A stretch of DNA of 64,000 nucleotides. Origin: an uncultured Pelagibacteraceae bacterium (GTDB taxonomy: Bacteria > Pseudomonadota > Alphaproteobacteria > Pelagibacterales > Pelagibacteraceae). Below the pieces are notes generated by a model, which ran no database searches, was not told the origin of the DNA, and saw only the letters and a list, made by a program, of their open reading frames with translations. A program made the translations under genes and the position numbers. Below, piece by piece: positions 19,636-29,521 of this stretch. Location: assembly GCA_902596325.1 (NCBI GenBank), contig CACJTN010000001.1, positions 5,035 through 69,034 of the forward strand. The letters are read 5' to 3'. How positions within the stretch are numbered: position 1 is the first letter of the stretch; every line of letters begins with the position of its first letter.

Positions 19636-19757
19636 AAATCGCAAGCTCATTAAAATCCTTAAAAAAAAGAGACCTAAACTCTAAATTAGTTAAGAGGCGA
19701 GGTAGGGTTTATATAATAAACAAAAAAAACCCAAAATTTAAAGCAAGACAAAAGTAA
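19632..19757 (+). CDS. rpmJ: 50S ribosomal protein bL36 (zinc-free type); not in ORF track
   Basis: Manual translation [41 protein letters not shown], 41 aa. Confidence 0.97.
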   Translation: MKIASSLKSLKKRDLNSKLVKRRGRVYIINKKNPKFKARQK

Positions 19758-19760
19758 GAC

Positions 19761-20846
19761 ATGATTATTGGGACAGTTTCAGAAAATAAAGAATTAGAAA
19801 AAAGAATTTCGATCACGCCTGAAATAGCAAAAAAATATATCTCAAATGGTTTTGAGGTAATGATTGAAAAAGATCTAGCAACCCACCTTGGTATTCCAGA
19901 TAAAGAATTTTTAGAGGAAGGTTGCAAAATCGACAGTCGAGAGAATGTTTTAAATAAATCAAATATTATTTTACAACTCAATTTACCTGATGAAAAAAGT
20001 ACCAATATTTTAAATGAAAATAAAATATTGATTGGAAATTTTAATTCTTCGTTAAATAAAGAGGTAATTGCTAAAATTTCAAATAAGAATATAAATGTAT
20101 TTTCGATGGAACTTTTACCCAGAATAACCCGTGCTCAATCAATGGACATTTTGTCCTCTCAGGCAAACCTTGCTGGATATAAAGCAGTTTTAGACTCTTT
20201 TGCTATGTTCAAAAAGGCAATACCAATGATGATGACAGCAGCTGGAACAATTTCTGCCGCCAAGGTATTAGTTGTCGGAGCGGGAGTTGCAGGGCTACAA
20301 GCAATAGCAACTGCTAAAAGAATGGGGGCAATAGTTTTTGCAACTGATGTTAGGTTGGCCTCAAAAGAACAAGTTGAAAGTCTAGGAGGAAAATTTTTAG
20401 TAGTCGAGGGTGCAGAAAATTTAGAAACTGAAGGGGGTTATGCCAAGGAAGCTACTGAAGAATTTAAGAAAAAACAGGAGGAACTTCTTGCAGAAACATT
20501 GAAAAAAATTGATGTTGTAATATGTACAGCATTAATTCCAGGCAAAAAGGCTCCAAAAATAATTCAAGAAAATATGATAAAAAATATGAAACCAGGGTCG
20601 GTCATTTATGATTTAGCAGCATCACAAGGTGGAAATGCTGCATTTACTGAGGCTGATAAAATTATTGAAAAAAATGGTGTTACAATTGTTGGTGAAAGTA
20701 CAATTTTAAACAAACTGCCAACATCCGCCTCCAATTTATACGCAAAAAATTTATTTAATTTTGTTTTGAATCTTTATGATAAAGATAATAAAAAAATTAA
20801 TATTAACTTAGAGGATGAAATAGTTAGTAAAACATTAGTTAAATAG
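19761..20846 (+). CDS. pntAA: NAD(P) transhydrogenase alpha subunit, part 1
   Basis: LPRITRAQSMDILSSQANLAGYKAV, GAGVAGLQAIATA, TALIPGKKAP. Confidence 0.97.
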   Translation: MIIGTVSENKELEKRISITPEIAKKYISNGFEVMIEKDLATHLGIPDKEFLEEGCKIDSRENVLNKSNIILQLNLPDEKSTNILNENKILIGNFNSSLNKEVIAKISNKNINVFSMELLPRITRAQSMDILSSQANLAGYKAVLDSFAMFKKAIPMMMTAAGTISAAKVLVVGAGVAGLQAIATAKRMGAIVFATDVRLASKEQVESLGGKFLVVEGAENLETEGGYAKEATEEFKKKQEELLAETLKKIDVVICTALIPGKKAPKIIQENMIKNMKPGSVIYDLAASQGGNAAFTEADKIIEKNGVTIVGESTILNKLPTSASNLYAKNLFNFVLNLYDKDNKKININLEDEIVSKTLVK

Positions 20847-20847
20847 T

Positions 20848-21156
20848 ATGGAAATAGATCCTTTTATATTTAGATTAAGTATTTTTATTTTATCAATTTT
20901 TGTAGGATACTACGTAGTTTGGAGTGTAACACCATCCTTACATACACCTTTGATGTCAGTAACAAATGCAATTTCTTCGGTAATAATCGTAGGTGCAATA
21001 ATTGCAGCATTAGCCGGAGACAATATTAAAATATTTGAGGTTTCAAATATTTTTGGGTTTTTAGCCATAATTTTAGCAGCAATAAACATTTTTGGAGGAT
21101 TCCTAGTCACACAAAGAATGTTAGCAATGTATAAAAAAAAAAAGAAAGATAAATAA
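20848..21156 (+). CDS. pntAB: NAD(P) transhydrogenase alpha subunit, part 2
   Basis: VTPSLHTPLMSVTNAISS, NIFGGFLVTQRML. Confidence 0.97.
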   Translation: MEIDPFIFRLSIFILSIFVGYYVVWSVTPSLHTPLMSVTNAISSVIIVGAIIAALAGDNIKIFEVSNIFGFLAIILAAINIFGGFLVTQRMLAMYKKKKKDK

Positions 21157-21162
21157 ATAGTA

Positions 21163-22557
21163 ATGACAGCAAATATATTAGCAATTTTCTATTTAATATC
21201 TGGGGTTTTATTCATATTAGCATTAAGAGGGTTATCTTCACCTGAGACATCAAGAAGAGGAAACTTCTTTGGTATTATTGGTATGGCAATAGCAGTGAGT
21301 GTAACTATCTTATCTGTGGGTAATTTCTCAACCGGCTTTCTTTATCTAATTGTTTTTCTTTTAGTTGGAGGATCAATAGGAGCTTTTATTGCATTTAAAA
21401 TCCCAATGACAGCAATGCCAGAATTAGTTGCAGGTTTTCATAGTTTAGTAGGATTAGCTGCTGTTTTTGTTGCGATTTCTGCATTTTTAAATCCAGAAGT
21501 TTTTGGTCTTGGAACAGTTGGTAGTATAAAAATTGCTAGCCTAATTGAAATGTCATTAGGAGCATCGATAGGTGCAATAACTTTTACAGGATCTATTATT
21601 GCTTTTTTAAAATTAAGAGGAATAATGTCTGGATCACCAATAACATTTTGGGGACAACATTATTTAAATTTACTGCTCGGTTTATCTCTTGTGGGTTTAA
21701 TATATTATTTATGTGTGACGCAAAGTAATAATTTATTTTGGACAATAATAGCAATTTCATTTTTAGTTGGTATTTTATTGATTGTTCCGATTGGTGGGGC
21801 GGATATGCCAGTCGTAATTTCTATGCTAAATTCTTACTCTGGATGGGCAGCTGCTGGTATTGGTTTTACATTAGAAAATAGTGCTTTGATAATTACAGGT
21901 GCTTTAGTTGGTTCATCCGGTGCAATTTTATCCTATATAATGTGCAAAGGAATGAATAGGTCTTTTTTTAATGTAATACTTGGTGGATGGGGAGCTACTG
22001 AAGAGTCAAATAAATCATCTTCAAAAGAACAAAAGCCTGTTAAGAGTGGAAATTCAGACGATGCTGCATTTTTAATGAAGAATGCATCTTCGGTAATTAT
22101 TGTTCCAGGTTATGGTATGGCTGTAGCACAAGCGCAGCATGCTCTTAGAGAAATGGTAGATGCTTTAAAAAAAAATGGTGTTAAAGTCACTTATGCAATT
22201 CATCCTGTTGCTGGGAGAATGCCAGGTCATATGAACGTTTTACTAGCAGAGGCAAATGTTCCATACGATGAGGTTTTCGAATTAGAGGAAATTAATAATG
22301 ATTTCGCAAATTGCGATGTTGCATATGTAATTGGAGCTAATGATGTTACAAACCCAGTTGCAAAATCTGATCCACAATCTCCCATATATGGTATGCCAAT
22401 ATTGGATGTAGAGAAATCAAAATCAGTCTTGTTTGTAAAAAGAAGTTTATCACCTGGTTATGCAGGTATAGATAATGACCTTTTTTATAGGGACAATACC
22501 TTAATGTTATTTGCAGATGCAAAGAAGATGACCGAAGACATAATAAAGAGTCTATAA
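21163..22557 (+). CDS. pntB: NAD(P) transhydrogenase beta subunit
   Basis: MPELVAGFHSLVG, GGADMPVVISMLNSYSG, HPVAGRMPGHMNVLLAEA. Confidence 0.98.
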   Translation: MTANILAIFYLISGVLFILALRGLSSPETSRRGNFFGIIGMAIAVSVTILSVGNFSTGFLYLIVFLLVGGSIGAFIAFKIPMTAMPELVAGFHSLVGLAAVFVAISAFLNPEVFGLGTVGSIKIASLIEMSLGASIGAITFTGSIIAFLKLRGIMSGSPITFWGQHYLNLLLGLSLVGLIYYLCVTQSNNLFWTIIAISFLVGILLIVPIGGADMPVVISMLNSYSGWAAAGIGFTLENSALIITGALVGSSGAILSYIMCKGMNRSFFNVILGGWGATEESNKSSSKEQKPVKSGNSDDAAFLMKNASSVIIVPGYGMAVAQAQHALREMVDALKKNGVKVTYAIHPVAGRMPGHMNVLLAEANVPYDEVFELEEINNDFANCDVAYVIGANDVTNPVAKSDPQSPIYGMPILDVEKSKSVLFVKRSLSPGYAGIDNDLFYRDNTLMLFADAKKMTEDIIKSL

Positions 22558-22558
22558 A

Positions 22559-23254
22559 TTGACTAAGATTTATTGCGACATAGCAGACAAAAAAATAATA
22601 AAAATTTATAACAAAAAAAAAATTGTAAATGGGTTTACTACTAATCCAAGTTTAATGCGAAAAGCGGGAGCAAAAGATTATCAAAAATATTGTAAGGAAT
22701 TACTTAATATAACAAAAAAACCAATTTCTTTTGAAGTTTTTGCAGATGACGAAAAAAATATGATTATACAAGGAAAAAAAATTAAAAGCTGGGGAAAAAA
22801 TGTTTATGTTAAAGTTCCAATTGTAAACTCAAAAGGTAAATTTACAGGCAGAGTAATTAAAGAACTCAATCAGCAAAAAGTAAAACTTAATATAACTGCT
22901 GTTTACACTGCGAAACAAACAAAAAAAATTTTAAAAAAAATAGATAAAAAAACTAAAGTTATTATATCAATATTTGCAGGTAGAATGTCTGATGCAGGCA
23001 AGGACCCAATACCCGAAATCAAAAAAAGTTTGAATTATGCTAAAAGTTATAAAAATGTTGAAATATTATGGGCGAGCACACGAGAAGCTTACAATTTCAC
23101 TAACGCAAGACAGTTAGGTTGTCATATCATTACAGCACCACCATCAATTATAGAAAAAATTATAAATTTTGGAAATAGTTTTTCAACTTTGACAACCTCA
23201 ACAGTAAAGGCTTTTTTGTTAGATAGCCAAAAATCAAAATTTAAATTAATTTAA
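22559..23254 (+). CDS. tal: Transaldolase (short form)
   Basis: FTTNPS, SFEV (catalytic Glu), VYVKVP (Schiff-base Lys), SIFAGR, LWASTRE. Confidence 0.9.
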   Translation: MTKIYCDIADKKIIKIYNKKKIVNGFTTNPSLMRKAGAKDYQKYCKELLNITKKPISFEVFADDEKNMIIQGKKIKSWGKNVYVKVPIVNSKGKFTGRVIKELNQQKVKLNITAVYTAKQTKKILKKIDKKTKVIISIFAGRMSDAGKDPIPEIKKSLNYAKSYKNVEILWASTREAYNFTNARQLGCHIITAPPSIIEKIINFGNSFSTLTTSTVKAFLLDSQKSKFKLI

Positions 23255-23255
23255 T

Positions 23256-23332
23256 TGGTTGCGGGGGACGGATTTGAACCGCCGACCTCAAGGTTATGAG
23301 CCTTGCGAGCTACCAGACTGCTCCACCCCGCG
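23256..23332 (-). tRNA. tRNA-fMet (initiator, anticodon CAT)
   Basis: CGCGGGGTGGAGCAGTCTGGTAGCTCGCAAGGCTCATAACCTTGAGGTCGGCGGTTCAAATCCGTCCCCCGCAACCA; C1:A72 mismatch, encoded CCA. Confidence 0.97.
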
Positions 23333-23335
23333 ATT

Positions 23336-23530
23336 TTAAATTCTGTTTCTTAATTTGTTAAGTTTTTTTACTCTTTTAATATTTTCTTGAAGAATTCTCT
23401 TCTTTTTCTCTGAAGGTTTTTCGTAATTGTTTTTTAATTTAACGATTTTAAAAAAACCATCCCTTTGAAGTTTTCTTTTTAAAACTCTAAGAGCCTGTTC
23501 AACGTTATTATCTTTAACTTCTATTTTAAT
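23336..23530 (-). CDS. rpsU: 30S ribosomal protein bS21 (start uncertain: ATT at 23530 preferred, TTG at 23542 alternative)
   Basis: IEVKDNNVEQALRVLKRKLQRDG...YEKPSEKK. Confidence 0.93.
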   Translation of the reverse strand: MKIEVKDNNVEQALRVLKRKLQRDGFFKIVKLKNNYEKPSEKKKRILQENIKRVKKLNKLRNRI

Positions 23531-23534
23531 AGCG

Positions 23535-23540
23535 ACCTCC
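23535..23540 (-). promoter_or_regulatory. Perfect Shine-Dalgarno GGAGGT of rpsU
   Basis: Plus-strand acctcc at 23535-23540, 4 nt upstream of an in-frame ATT. Confidence 0.6.
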
Positions 23541-23584
23541 AAAAAAAAGATTAAGTAACATCTAAAATATAATTTGTCTATTAA

Positions 23585-24166
23585 TTATTGCTTATTATTT
23601 GCTGATAATTCTAACTTTTCTTTAATTTTTTTTTCTCTCTTAATCCTTCTTTCGGCCTTTTCTAATGCAAGAATTAAATCTTTTTGACTAAATAAACCCA
23701 TAGCAACAGGATCTTTAGGATTTAAATTATTATAGTTCCAATAATTTTTGTTTCTTATAGATGAAACAGAATTCTTAGTTATTCCAACCAATTTAGAAAT
23801 TTGAGAGTCTTTAAGAGTGGTATGTTGTTTAATTAACCATAAAGCTGCATCAGGTTTATCTTGTCTTTTTGATAAAGGTACGTATTTTTTGATTTTTTTT
23901 TCATCTACTTCAAAATCAATGTCATCATTTTTCAAGTTTAGAGGCCTTTTTTCGTCTTTTGATGAAAGTTCAATTTCATCTCTTGTTAATTGTCCAGACA
24001 TTATCGGATTATAAGCTACTATTCCTTTACCAACTTCACCATCCGCGATACCTTGTATTTCAACCTCATGCATTTTACAAAACTCAGCAATTTGTTTAAA
24101 TGTTAATGTTGTATTCTCAACTAACCAAAGGGCTGTTGCCATTGGCATTAAAGGTGATTTAGACAT
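23585..24166 (-). CDS. trcR: DUF1013 family protein (cell-cycle transcriptional regulator TrcR-like)
   Basis: PLMPMATALWLVENTTLTFKQIAEFC, YVPLSKRQDKPDAALWL, PKDPV.MGL.SQ.DL. Confidence 0.9.
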   Translation of the reverse strand: MSKSPLMPMATALWLVENTTLTFKQIAEFCKMHEVEIQGIADGEVGKGIVAYNPIMSGQLTRDEIELSSKDEKRPLNLKNDDIDFEVDEKKIKKYVPLSKRQDKPDAALWLIKQHTTLKDSQISKLVGITKNSVSSIRNKNYWNYNNLNPKDPVAMGLFSQKDLILALEKAERRIKREKKIKEKLELSANNKQ

Positions 24167-24393
24167 TACTTATTCTCAGATCTAAAATTTTTAAATTTTT
24201 GATTAAATTTACTCACTCTGCCTTTATCAAGTAATTTTTGTTTACCTCCAGTCCAGGCTGAATGTGACTTAGGGTCTATTTCAAGTTTTAATATATCGTT
24301 TTCATTTCCCCAAGTAGACATTGTCTCAAATTGACTTCCATCAGTCATCTCGACTTTAATTTTGTGATAATTAGGGTGTATATTTTTTTTCAT
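24166..24393 (-). CDS. rpmE: 50S ribosomal protein bL31
   Basis: [35 protein letters not shown]. Confidence 0.97.
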   Translation of the reverse strand: MKKNIHPNYHKIKVEMTDGSQFETMSTWGNENDILKLEIDPKSHSAWTGGKQKLLDKGRVSKFNQKFKNFRSENK

Positions 24394-24400
24394 AACGCGA

Positions 24401-24428
24401 CTTATAGCAAATGATTTGATAAAAACAA
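24401..24428 (-). promoter_or_regulatory. Putative sigma70 promoter of rpmE (extended -10)
   Basis: TTGTTT, 16 nt, TATAAG preceded by TGn; 7 nt from the ATG. Confidence 0.4.
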
Positions 24429-25169
24429 TTAAAACTTATTTAGTCTTTTTAGCATTTTTTGGTTAATATTTTCGCTAGATGCCACTACTTTTATATTATT
24501 TGTTTTTTCTAAATCATAATAATTAACTATTCCTCCTGCTTCTTTTACTATTAAAGTCCCAGCAGCAATATCCCACAAATTCAAACCATTTTGAAAATAT
24601 CCATCTATTCTTCCAGAAGCTACGTATGCCAGATCAAGTGCAGCACTACCAAATATCCTAGCATTCAAATCTGTCGATGATAAACCATTTTTGTTAGTTG
24701 CAAACAGACATTCATCCAGATTTTTTCTTTTTGAAACGCGAATTCTGTGGTTATTAAAAAAGGCCCCCTGATTTTTTTCAGCATAGAATATTTCATTTTT
24801 TATGGGATCAAATATTATTCCTGATATTATTTCATCTCTAAATTTTAAACCTATTGAAATACAAAAATGTGGAACTCCGTGAAGAAAATTTGTAGTACCA
24901 TCAATAGGATCTATGACCCAAATGTAATCATTATCATCATTTTTAATAAACCCTATTTCCTCTGAGAGTATAGAGTATTTTTTTTTATTTTTAGTCAACT
25001 CATTTATTAATACTTTTTCAGTTTTTTTATCAGAATTGGTTACAAAATCTTTCGGTCCTTTTTTAGAGACTTGAAGATTTTCTAATTCACCAAAATCTCT
25101 AATCAAAATTTTAGATGCTTTTTCGCATGCTTTAATCATCAGGTTTAAATTAGGGGAAATAGAATTCAT
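24429..25169 (-). CDS. suhB: Inositol monophosphatase family protein SuhB
   Basis: [36 protein letters not shown]. Confidence 0.95.
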   Translation of the reverse strand: MNSISPNLNLMIKACEKASKILIRDFGELENLQVSKKGPKDFVTNSDKKTEKVLINELTKNKKKYSILSEEIGFIKNDDNDYIWVIDPIDGTTNFLHGVPHFCISIGLKFRDEIISGIIFDPIKNEIFYAEKNQGAFFNNHRIRVSKRKNLDECLFATNKNGLSSTDLNARIFGSAALDLAYVASGRIDGYFQNGLNLWDIAAGTLIVKEAGGIVNYYDLEKTNNIKVVASSENINQKMLKRLNKF

Positions 25170-25729
25170 TAAACCTTTTTTATGTATTCTAAAGTTCTAG
25201 TATCAATAGTAATTTTATCTCCAGAATTTATAAATGGGGGAACTTGAACCTTTAACTTATTGTTTAATATTGCTGGTTTATAAGATGATGAAACAGTTTG
25301 GCCTTTAATAGCTGCATCTGTAGAAATTATTTCACAATCAATATGTTTTGGTAGTTCTATAAATATTGGTTTTTCGTTATGAAATTTTATTGTTACCTCA
25401 AGATTTTCACTTAACAAAAGACTTTTATCTCCAATAATTTTTTTTCCTACACTTATTTGTTCAAAAGAACTTAAATTCATAAAAACCAAACCACTATGAT
25501 CCTCATACAAATAAGAAAATTTTAATTCTTCAACCATAGCTTTTTCAACATTTTCACTTGATCTGAACCTTTCATTTAATTTTGTTCCGCTACTTAAATT
25601 TTTCATTTCCACTTGATTAAACGCTCCACCTTTACCTGGTTTAACATGTTGAGTTTTTAAAACTTCCCAAAGGTCACTTTTATACTCGAGTAACATTCCA
25701 ACTTTTATCTCGTTAGCATTAATTTTCAT
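25169..25729 (-). CDS. efp: Elongation factor P
   Basis: HVKPGKGGAF, ERFRS, KPA.L, VPPFI. Confidence 0.97.
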   Translation of the reverse strand: MKINANEIKVGMLLEYKSDLWEVLKTQHVKPGKGGAFNQVEMKNLSSGTKLNERFRSSENVEKAMVEELKFSYLYEDHSGLVFMNLSSFEQISVGKKIIGDKSLLLSENLEVTIKFHNEKPIFIELPKHIDCEIISTDAAIKGQTVSSSYKPAILNNKLKVQVPPFINSGDKITIDTRTLEYIKKV

Positions 25730-26349
25730 AAATCAATTTTTTTTGCAGCCTCTTTTGGTTTTAATTTAGAATTACTCCAAATATAACTGGAGATAGCTAA
25801 AAAATTTGGTTTATGCAATATAAGTTTCTTATAATTTTTGTCGGTAATTCCTCCTATGCAAACTATAGGTAATTTAGAAACTTTTTTAGCCTTATTAATA
25901 ATTTGAATCTTGGATCTAATTGCATTTTGTTTTGTTTTAGATTTAAAGAAAGAACCTAATGCCACATAATCGGCTCCATCTTTAGTTGCTTTTTTTACTA
26001 GCTTAATTGAATTATGACAACTAACTCCAATTATTTTTTTCTTTAAAATTTTTCTAGCTTTTTGTAAGCTCATATCCTTTTGTCCTAAGTGACATCCATC
26101 TGCACCAATTTGTTTTGCAAAATAAGGATTATCATTTATTATAAATTTGACTTTAAATTTTTTACAAATTCTTTTTGCTTTTTTTGCAATACTTAAACTT
26201 TTTTTGTAACTTTCACCTTTTAATCTTAACTGAAAAAAAGATATTTTGTTTGTAGATAATACTTCAACAAGATCTAAGAAAAATTTATTATTTTTTATGT
26301 TACTTGGAGATAAGAGATATATGAATTTTTTATTTCTTTTCAAGTTCAT
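25726..26349 (-). CDS. thiE: Thiamine-phosphate synthase
   Basis: FQLRLK, FIIND, ADGCHLGQKD, GVSCH, ADYVALG, IGGI; start moved to ATG 26349 to avoid a long overlap with fba. Confidence 0.93.
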   Translation of the reverse strand: MNLKRNKKFIYLLSPSNIKNNKFFLDLVEVLSTNKISFFQLRLKGESYKKSLSIAKKAKRICKKFKVKFIINDNPYFAKQIGADGCHLGQKDMSLQKARKILKKKIIGVSCHNSIKLVKKATKDGADYVALGSFFKSKTKQNAIRSKIQIINKAKKVSKLPIVCIGGITDKNYKKLILHKPNFLAISSYIWSNSKLKPKEAAKKIDL

Positions 26350-27337
26350 TGCTCCATTTGCCTTGAGAAGCAAGAGAGCACATTTCTGCTCTGTGATTGA
26401 ATATTTTTTGAGTTCCCTTGATATCTTTAATATTTTTTGACCAGTGTTTAAGAGCACTTTGTTGCAAAGCACGACCATATGAATAAGTCATAATAAAGTT
26501 AGTTGTATTATATTTATTTATCAAATTAAGATTTTCTGTAGACTCAATCTCCGACTGACCTCCGGATAAAAATGCTACTCCAGGAACTTCCTGTGGTACT
26601 GAATTTTTAAGACACTCAACTGTTAACTTTGCGACTTCTTCCCCTGAAATTTTTTCTTTAGAATTACTTCCAGCGAGTATCATATTAGGTTTTAAGATGA
26701 TACCTGTTAAATCAACTTTGTTTAAAATTAATTCATCAAAACATTTTTTAATCACAACTGATGTTTTATCATAACAATCTTTTGCAGAGTGATTTCCATC
26801 CATTAGTACTTCAGGCTCAACAATTGGAACCATATTCGCCTCTTGAACAAGTGCAGCATAACGAGCTAACGCATGTGCGTTTGAATAGACTGCTAGTTTA
26901 CTTGGGTATTCTTTAGAAATAAAATAAACACCTCTCCATTTTGTAAATTTTGCACCCAAATTGTTATAAACTTTTAATCTTTCTCTTAATCCATCTAGGC
27001 CCTCAGTAATTTTTTCATTCTCTGATCCTGCAAGCACTTTTGCACCTGTATCAACTTTTATACCAGGATATGTACCTTGATCAGAAATAATTTCAGGAAT
27101 TTTTTTTTTATTTACTTCTTGATTAATTGTCTCGTCATACAAAATGACACCACCTATAAAATTTGACATATTAGAGGCAGTAAAAAGCGTTTCTCTAAAT
27201 GACAATCTATTTTTTGCTGAGGATTCTACACCCACACTTTCAAGTCTCTTAGTCATTGTTCCAGTGCTTTCATCAGCTGCCAGTATACCTTTTCCATTAG
27301 ATATGATTTGTAAGGCTATGTTATTCAATTCTGACAT
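26330..27337 (-). CDS. fba: Class I fructose-bisphosphate aldolase
   Basis: GKGILAADES, KFTKWR, VPIVEPEV, LKPNM, FLSGGQ, YSYGRALQ. Confidence 0.96.
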   Translation of the reverse strand: MSELNNIALQIISNGKGILAADESTGTMTKRLESVGVESSAKNRLSFRETLFTASNMSNFIGGVILYDETINQEVNKKKIPEIISDQGTYPGIKVDTGAKVLAGSENEKITEGLDGLRERLKVYNNLGAKFTKWRGVYFISKEYPSKLAVYSNAHALARYAALVQEANMVPIVEPEVLMDGNHSAKDCYDKTSVVIKKCFDELILNKVDLTGIILKPNMILAGSNSKEKISGEEVAKLTVECLKNSVPQEVPGVAFLSGGQSEIESTENLNLINKYNTTNFIMTYSYGRALQQSALKHWSKNIKDIKGTQKIFNHRAEMCSLASQGKWSNELEKK

Positions 27338-27338
27338 T

Positions 27339-28514
27339 TTAATTTAAAGCTTTTATACCAGGTAGCTCTTTACCTTCAAGATATTCTAAAAATGCTCCAC
27401 CAGCGGTTGAAACAAAATTAAAATTATTTAAACTCCCCGTTTTGTTAATCACAGCAATTGTATCACCACCACCAACAACAGAATAAAGAGAATTATTTTT
27501 TGTATTATTTTCAATAATTTTACAAATTTGCAAACTCCCATTCTCGAAATTTTCATTCTCAAAGTAACCAGCAGGCCCGTTCCAAAAGACAGTTCTACTA
27601 TTTTCTATAATTTTCTTTATTTTTTCTACCGTTTTTGGTCCAATGTCTAAAATTATATCCTCTTTAGATATATCTTTAAGACTTTTAATCTCAGAATGAC
27701 TATCAAAATTCTTACCAACGCGCACATCCTCTGGATAATAAATTTTACAACGGTTCTTCTCAGCGTTCATAAAAATATCATCTATTATATTATTACAATG
27801 GTCCTCTTTTATAGATTTGCCTATTTTAAAACCTTTAAAATTTAAAATATTATTTGCCATACCGCCAACAAAAACTAAATTATCTAATTTATTTGTTAGA
27901 TTTTTAATCAATCCTATTTTTGTTGATATTTTAGATCCACCAATTATGCAAGTGATTGGGCTTTCAATATCAGATGTTATTTTTTTTAACGCATTAATTT
28001 CTGACTGCATTTGCAACCCAGCAAAAGATGGTAAAAATTTTGTAATTTTGGAAACTGAAGCATGATCTCTGTGAGAGCATGAAAAAGCATCATTTACATA
28101 AAAATCTCCCAAGCTTGCAATTTGTTTAGCAAACTTAGAGTCGTTAATTTCTTCTTCTCGATAAAATCTGATATTTTCTAAAAAAATTACCTCCTCCTCC
28201 TGCGTAAATAGTTTATCTTTTGTTATTTCATATAAATTAGAGGTAATAAGTTTTATTTTTTTTTTTATTTTTTTTTCTATATTTAAACAAATAGGCTTCA
28301 AAGAAAGATCATTATTTTTTTTTCCATTTGGTCTACCTACATGAGATATTACTAATATTTTTGTTTTTCTGTTCAGTAAAAAATTAATCACTGGAATAAT
28401 TTTATCAATTCTTGTCTCATCTAAAATATCTTTATTTTTTAGAGGCACATTTAAATCAAGTCTTAGTAATGCTATCTTTCCAGCAAGATTTTCTTGATCT
28501 TCTATATTTTTCAT
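27339..28514 (-). CDS. pgk: Phosphoglycerate kinase
   Basis: RLDLNVP, NDAFSCSHR, GGSK, WNGP, GGGDT, STAGGAFLE. Confidence 0.98.
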   Translation of the reverse strand: MKNIEDQENLAGKIALLRLDLNVPLKNKDILDETRIDKIIPVINFLLNRKTKILVISHVGRPNGKKNNDLSLKPICLNIEKKIKKKIKLITSNLYEITKDKLFTQEEEVIFLENIRFYREEEINDSKFAKQIASLGDFYVNDAFSCSHRDHASVSKITKFLPSFAGLQMQSEINALKKITSDIESPITCIIGGSKISTKIGLIKNLTNKLDNLVFVGGMANNILNFKGFKIGKSIKEDHCNNIIDDIFMNAEKNRCKIYYPEDVRVGKNFDSHSEIKSLKDISKEDIILDIGPKTVEKIKKIIENSRTVFWNGPAGYFENENFENGSLQICKIIENNTKNNSLYSVVGGGDTIAVINKTGSLNNFNFVSTAGGAFLEYLEGKELPGIKALN

Positions 28515-29521
28515 TAAGATTTTTTGTGAATAAATTCAGCTATATCGATCATTCTATTGGAAAAGCCCCATTCATTGTCGTACCATGCTGAAATTTTTCC
28601 CATATACTGCCCAATTACTTTTGTTAAATTTGCATCTATAATGGCGGAGGCAGGATTATGATTAAAATCAATTGAAACCAAATCTTCATTAGTAACATCT
28701 AAAATTTTTTTTTTATTTTTGGCACTAAATCTTTTAAAGGCCAAATTTATAGTTTCTATAGCTAATTTTTTTTGTGTACAAAATATAAATTCAATTAACG
28801 AAACATTTGGTGTTGGGACTCTCATAGCTACCCCCTCCAGCTTTCCCTTTAATGACGGTATAATTTCACCAATGGCCTTTGATGCCCCAGTTGAAGTTGG
28901 TACAATCGATAAACTTGCAGCTCGGGCTCTTCTAGGGTCTCTATGAGAGTTATCAAGAATTCTCTGATCCGAGGTGAATGCATGTATTGTGGTCATAAAA
29001 CCTTTTTCTATTTTAAAATTATTATGTAGAACATGAGCAACAGGGGCTAAACAATTTGTAGTACACGAAGCTGCAGATATTATTCTATCTTTCTTATTAA
29101 TTTGGGCCTCATTCACACCAAATACAACTGTTTTATCTGCATTTTTGCATGGCGCTGAAACTATAACTTTTTTTGCGCCATTTTTTAAATGTGGGAGCAA
29201 CTTTTCTTTAGAATTAAATTTTCCAGTACATTCAAAAACAATATCCACTTTAGATTTTCTCCAATTAATATTATTTAAATCAGTTTCTTGAGTGAAAAAT
29301 ATTTTTTTTTTATTTAATATTAAGCTATCTTTTTTAAAATTAATATCTGCTTTAAACTCTCCATGGATCGAATCATATTTAATTAGCTTTGAGCATTGCT
29401 CAGCACTTGTTCTGTTATTTATATGTTTTATCTCTAAGTTCTTATTTTTTGTTTCTATAATTGAACGGACAATCATTCTACCTATTCTTCCCATTCCATT
29501 AATACCTATTCTTATTTTCAT
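28514..29521 (-). CDS. gap: Glyceraldehyde-3-phosphate dehydrogenase (type I)
   Basis: [29 protein letters not shown]. Confidence 0.97.
   Translation of the reverse strand: MKIRIGINGMGRIGRMIVRSIIETKNKNLEIKHINNRTSAEQCSKLIKYDSIHGEFKADINFKKDSLILNKKKIFFTQETDLNNINWRKSKVDIVFECTGKFNSKEKLLPHLKNGAKKVIVSAPCKNADKTVVFGVNEAQINKKDRIISAASCTTNCLAPVAHVLHNNFKIEKGFMTTIHAFTSDQRILDNSHRDPRRARAASLSIVPTSTGASKAIGEIIPSLKGKLEGVAMRVPTPNVSLIEFIFCTQKKLAIETINLAFKRFSAKNKKKILDVTNEDLVSIDFNHNPASAIIDANLTKVIGQYMGKISAWYDNEWGFSNRMIDIAEFIHKKS

Noticed and set aside
19632-24393. Cys-free bL36 and bL31 as a special zinc-sparing adaptation
   Set aside because: Zinc-free forms are the ordinary state in Alphaproteobacteria
26350-26478. 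N-terminal extension of ThiE
   Set aside because: Overlaps fba in another frame and shows no ThiE similarity; ATG 26349 gives a normal-length protein
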